DNA from: Mobula hypostoma
Taxonomy: Eukaryota
Reading direction: 5' to 3'
DNA length: 64,000 nt
NCBI RefSeq assembly: GCF_963921235.1
Contig: NC_086097.1
Coordinates: forward strand, 156,056,001 to 156,120,000
The notes below the pieces were generated by a model that saw only the letters and a list, made by a program, of their open reading frames with translations, was not told the origin of the DNA and made no database searches. Shown one piece after another: positions 63,411-64,000 of the stretch. Within the stretch, counting starts at the first letter, position 1, and each line of letters starts with the position of its first letter. A program made the position numbers and the translations under genes.

Positions 63411-64000
63411 CTAGTAGTGGTAAGCACATTAAGTTGGGGTTACTGTCTGTTACTACAATAACACCGTAAATAAAGTCAGTGAATAAAGAAAATCATGAAT
63501 TTTTTCATTGGCTGCCCATTTTAAGTCTAGGAACTCTACTTTATGGGCAGGATGTCTTGATTCACTATGGGAGAGTCCCGTACTGGCATAGGTGATGACT
63601 CTAATGTTCCTTTCCTGTTCTTGGTAGAGGGTGGCCCCTAAACCAGTAGTGCTGGCATCTGTGTGTAAAATGTATGGCAGTTGAGAGTTAGAAAACTCCA
63701 ATACACAAGTAGGTGCAACTTCCTTTATGATTAGGTCAAATGCTTCTCAACATGTGGTAGTCCACTTGCTTCCAAATGGATTATAATACTGGCTATCTTT
63801 CTTCACCTTGGAGTTCTTTCTGGCAGGTGGGTACCCCGATGTCAAATCATTGCACTGCTTAACTTTTCAAGAAAAATCCTTGATAAATCAGCAGTAATAT
63901 CCAATAAATGTAAGGAAGGACTTCAGTTCCTTCAGATTTCTGGAAATTGGCTGGGTTTTGACCACAGCTATCTTGTCAGAGTCAGTTTAAACTTCTTGAT
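63410..64000 (-). mobile_element. Second Gypsy pol remnant (RT/RNase H), runs off the window
   Basis: YILHTDASTTGLGATLYQEQ..VITYAS..HKVEFLDLKWA (63453..63701). Confidence 0.88.

Noticed and set aside
1..64000. Immunoglobulin or TCR segments with recombination signal sequences, considered because of the tandem units
   Set aside because: The CACAGTG/CACTGTG heptamers I saw lack correctly spaced nonamers, and no V, J or C coding motifs are present.

Overview
Eukaryotic, gene-free, almost entirely transposon-derived DNA. The repeat mix (HER1/CR1 LINEs, V-domain SINEs, Rex1, Penelope, HERO) points to a cartilaginous fish; this is inference, not a database result. I found no host protein-coding gene, rRNA, true tRNA or CRISPR array. 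Main contents: (1) a near full-length R2/HERO-clade retrotransposon (~5241-8757; ZnF, RT, CCHC, restriction-like endonuclease; 2 stops and 1 frameshift) whose 3' UTR holds a complete hammerhead-ribozyme catalytic core in a non-canonical, pseudoknotted strand order (8609-8726), the top finding; (2) about 9 Penelope-derived termini with minimal hammerhead motifs, three with intact cores; (3) a degenerate HDV-like ribozyme candidate at the 5' end of a non-autonomous RTE; (4) a four-level nest Rex1 > solo LTR > Nimb/I LINE > Penelope-HHR, with target-site duplications readable at the three inner levels; (5) an old segmental triplication (~11.4-17.4, 25.7-30.3, 45.8-52.8 kb) on an ancient L1/Tx1 backbone, with copy-specific LTR and hAT insertions; (6) many CR1, Rex1, Gypsy, hAT-Charlie, Tc1/mariner, RTE and SINE relics. 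Family assignments come from recognising motifs by eye, and boundaries of old fragments are approximate.
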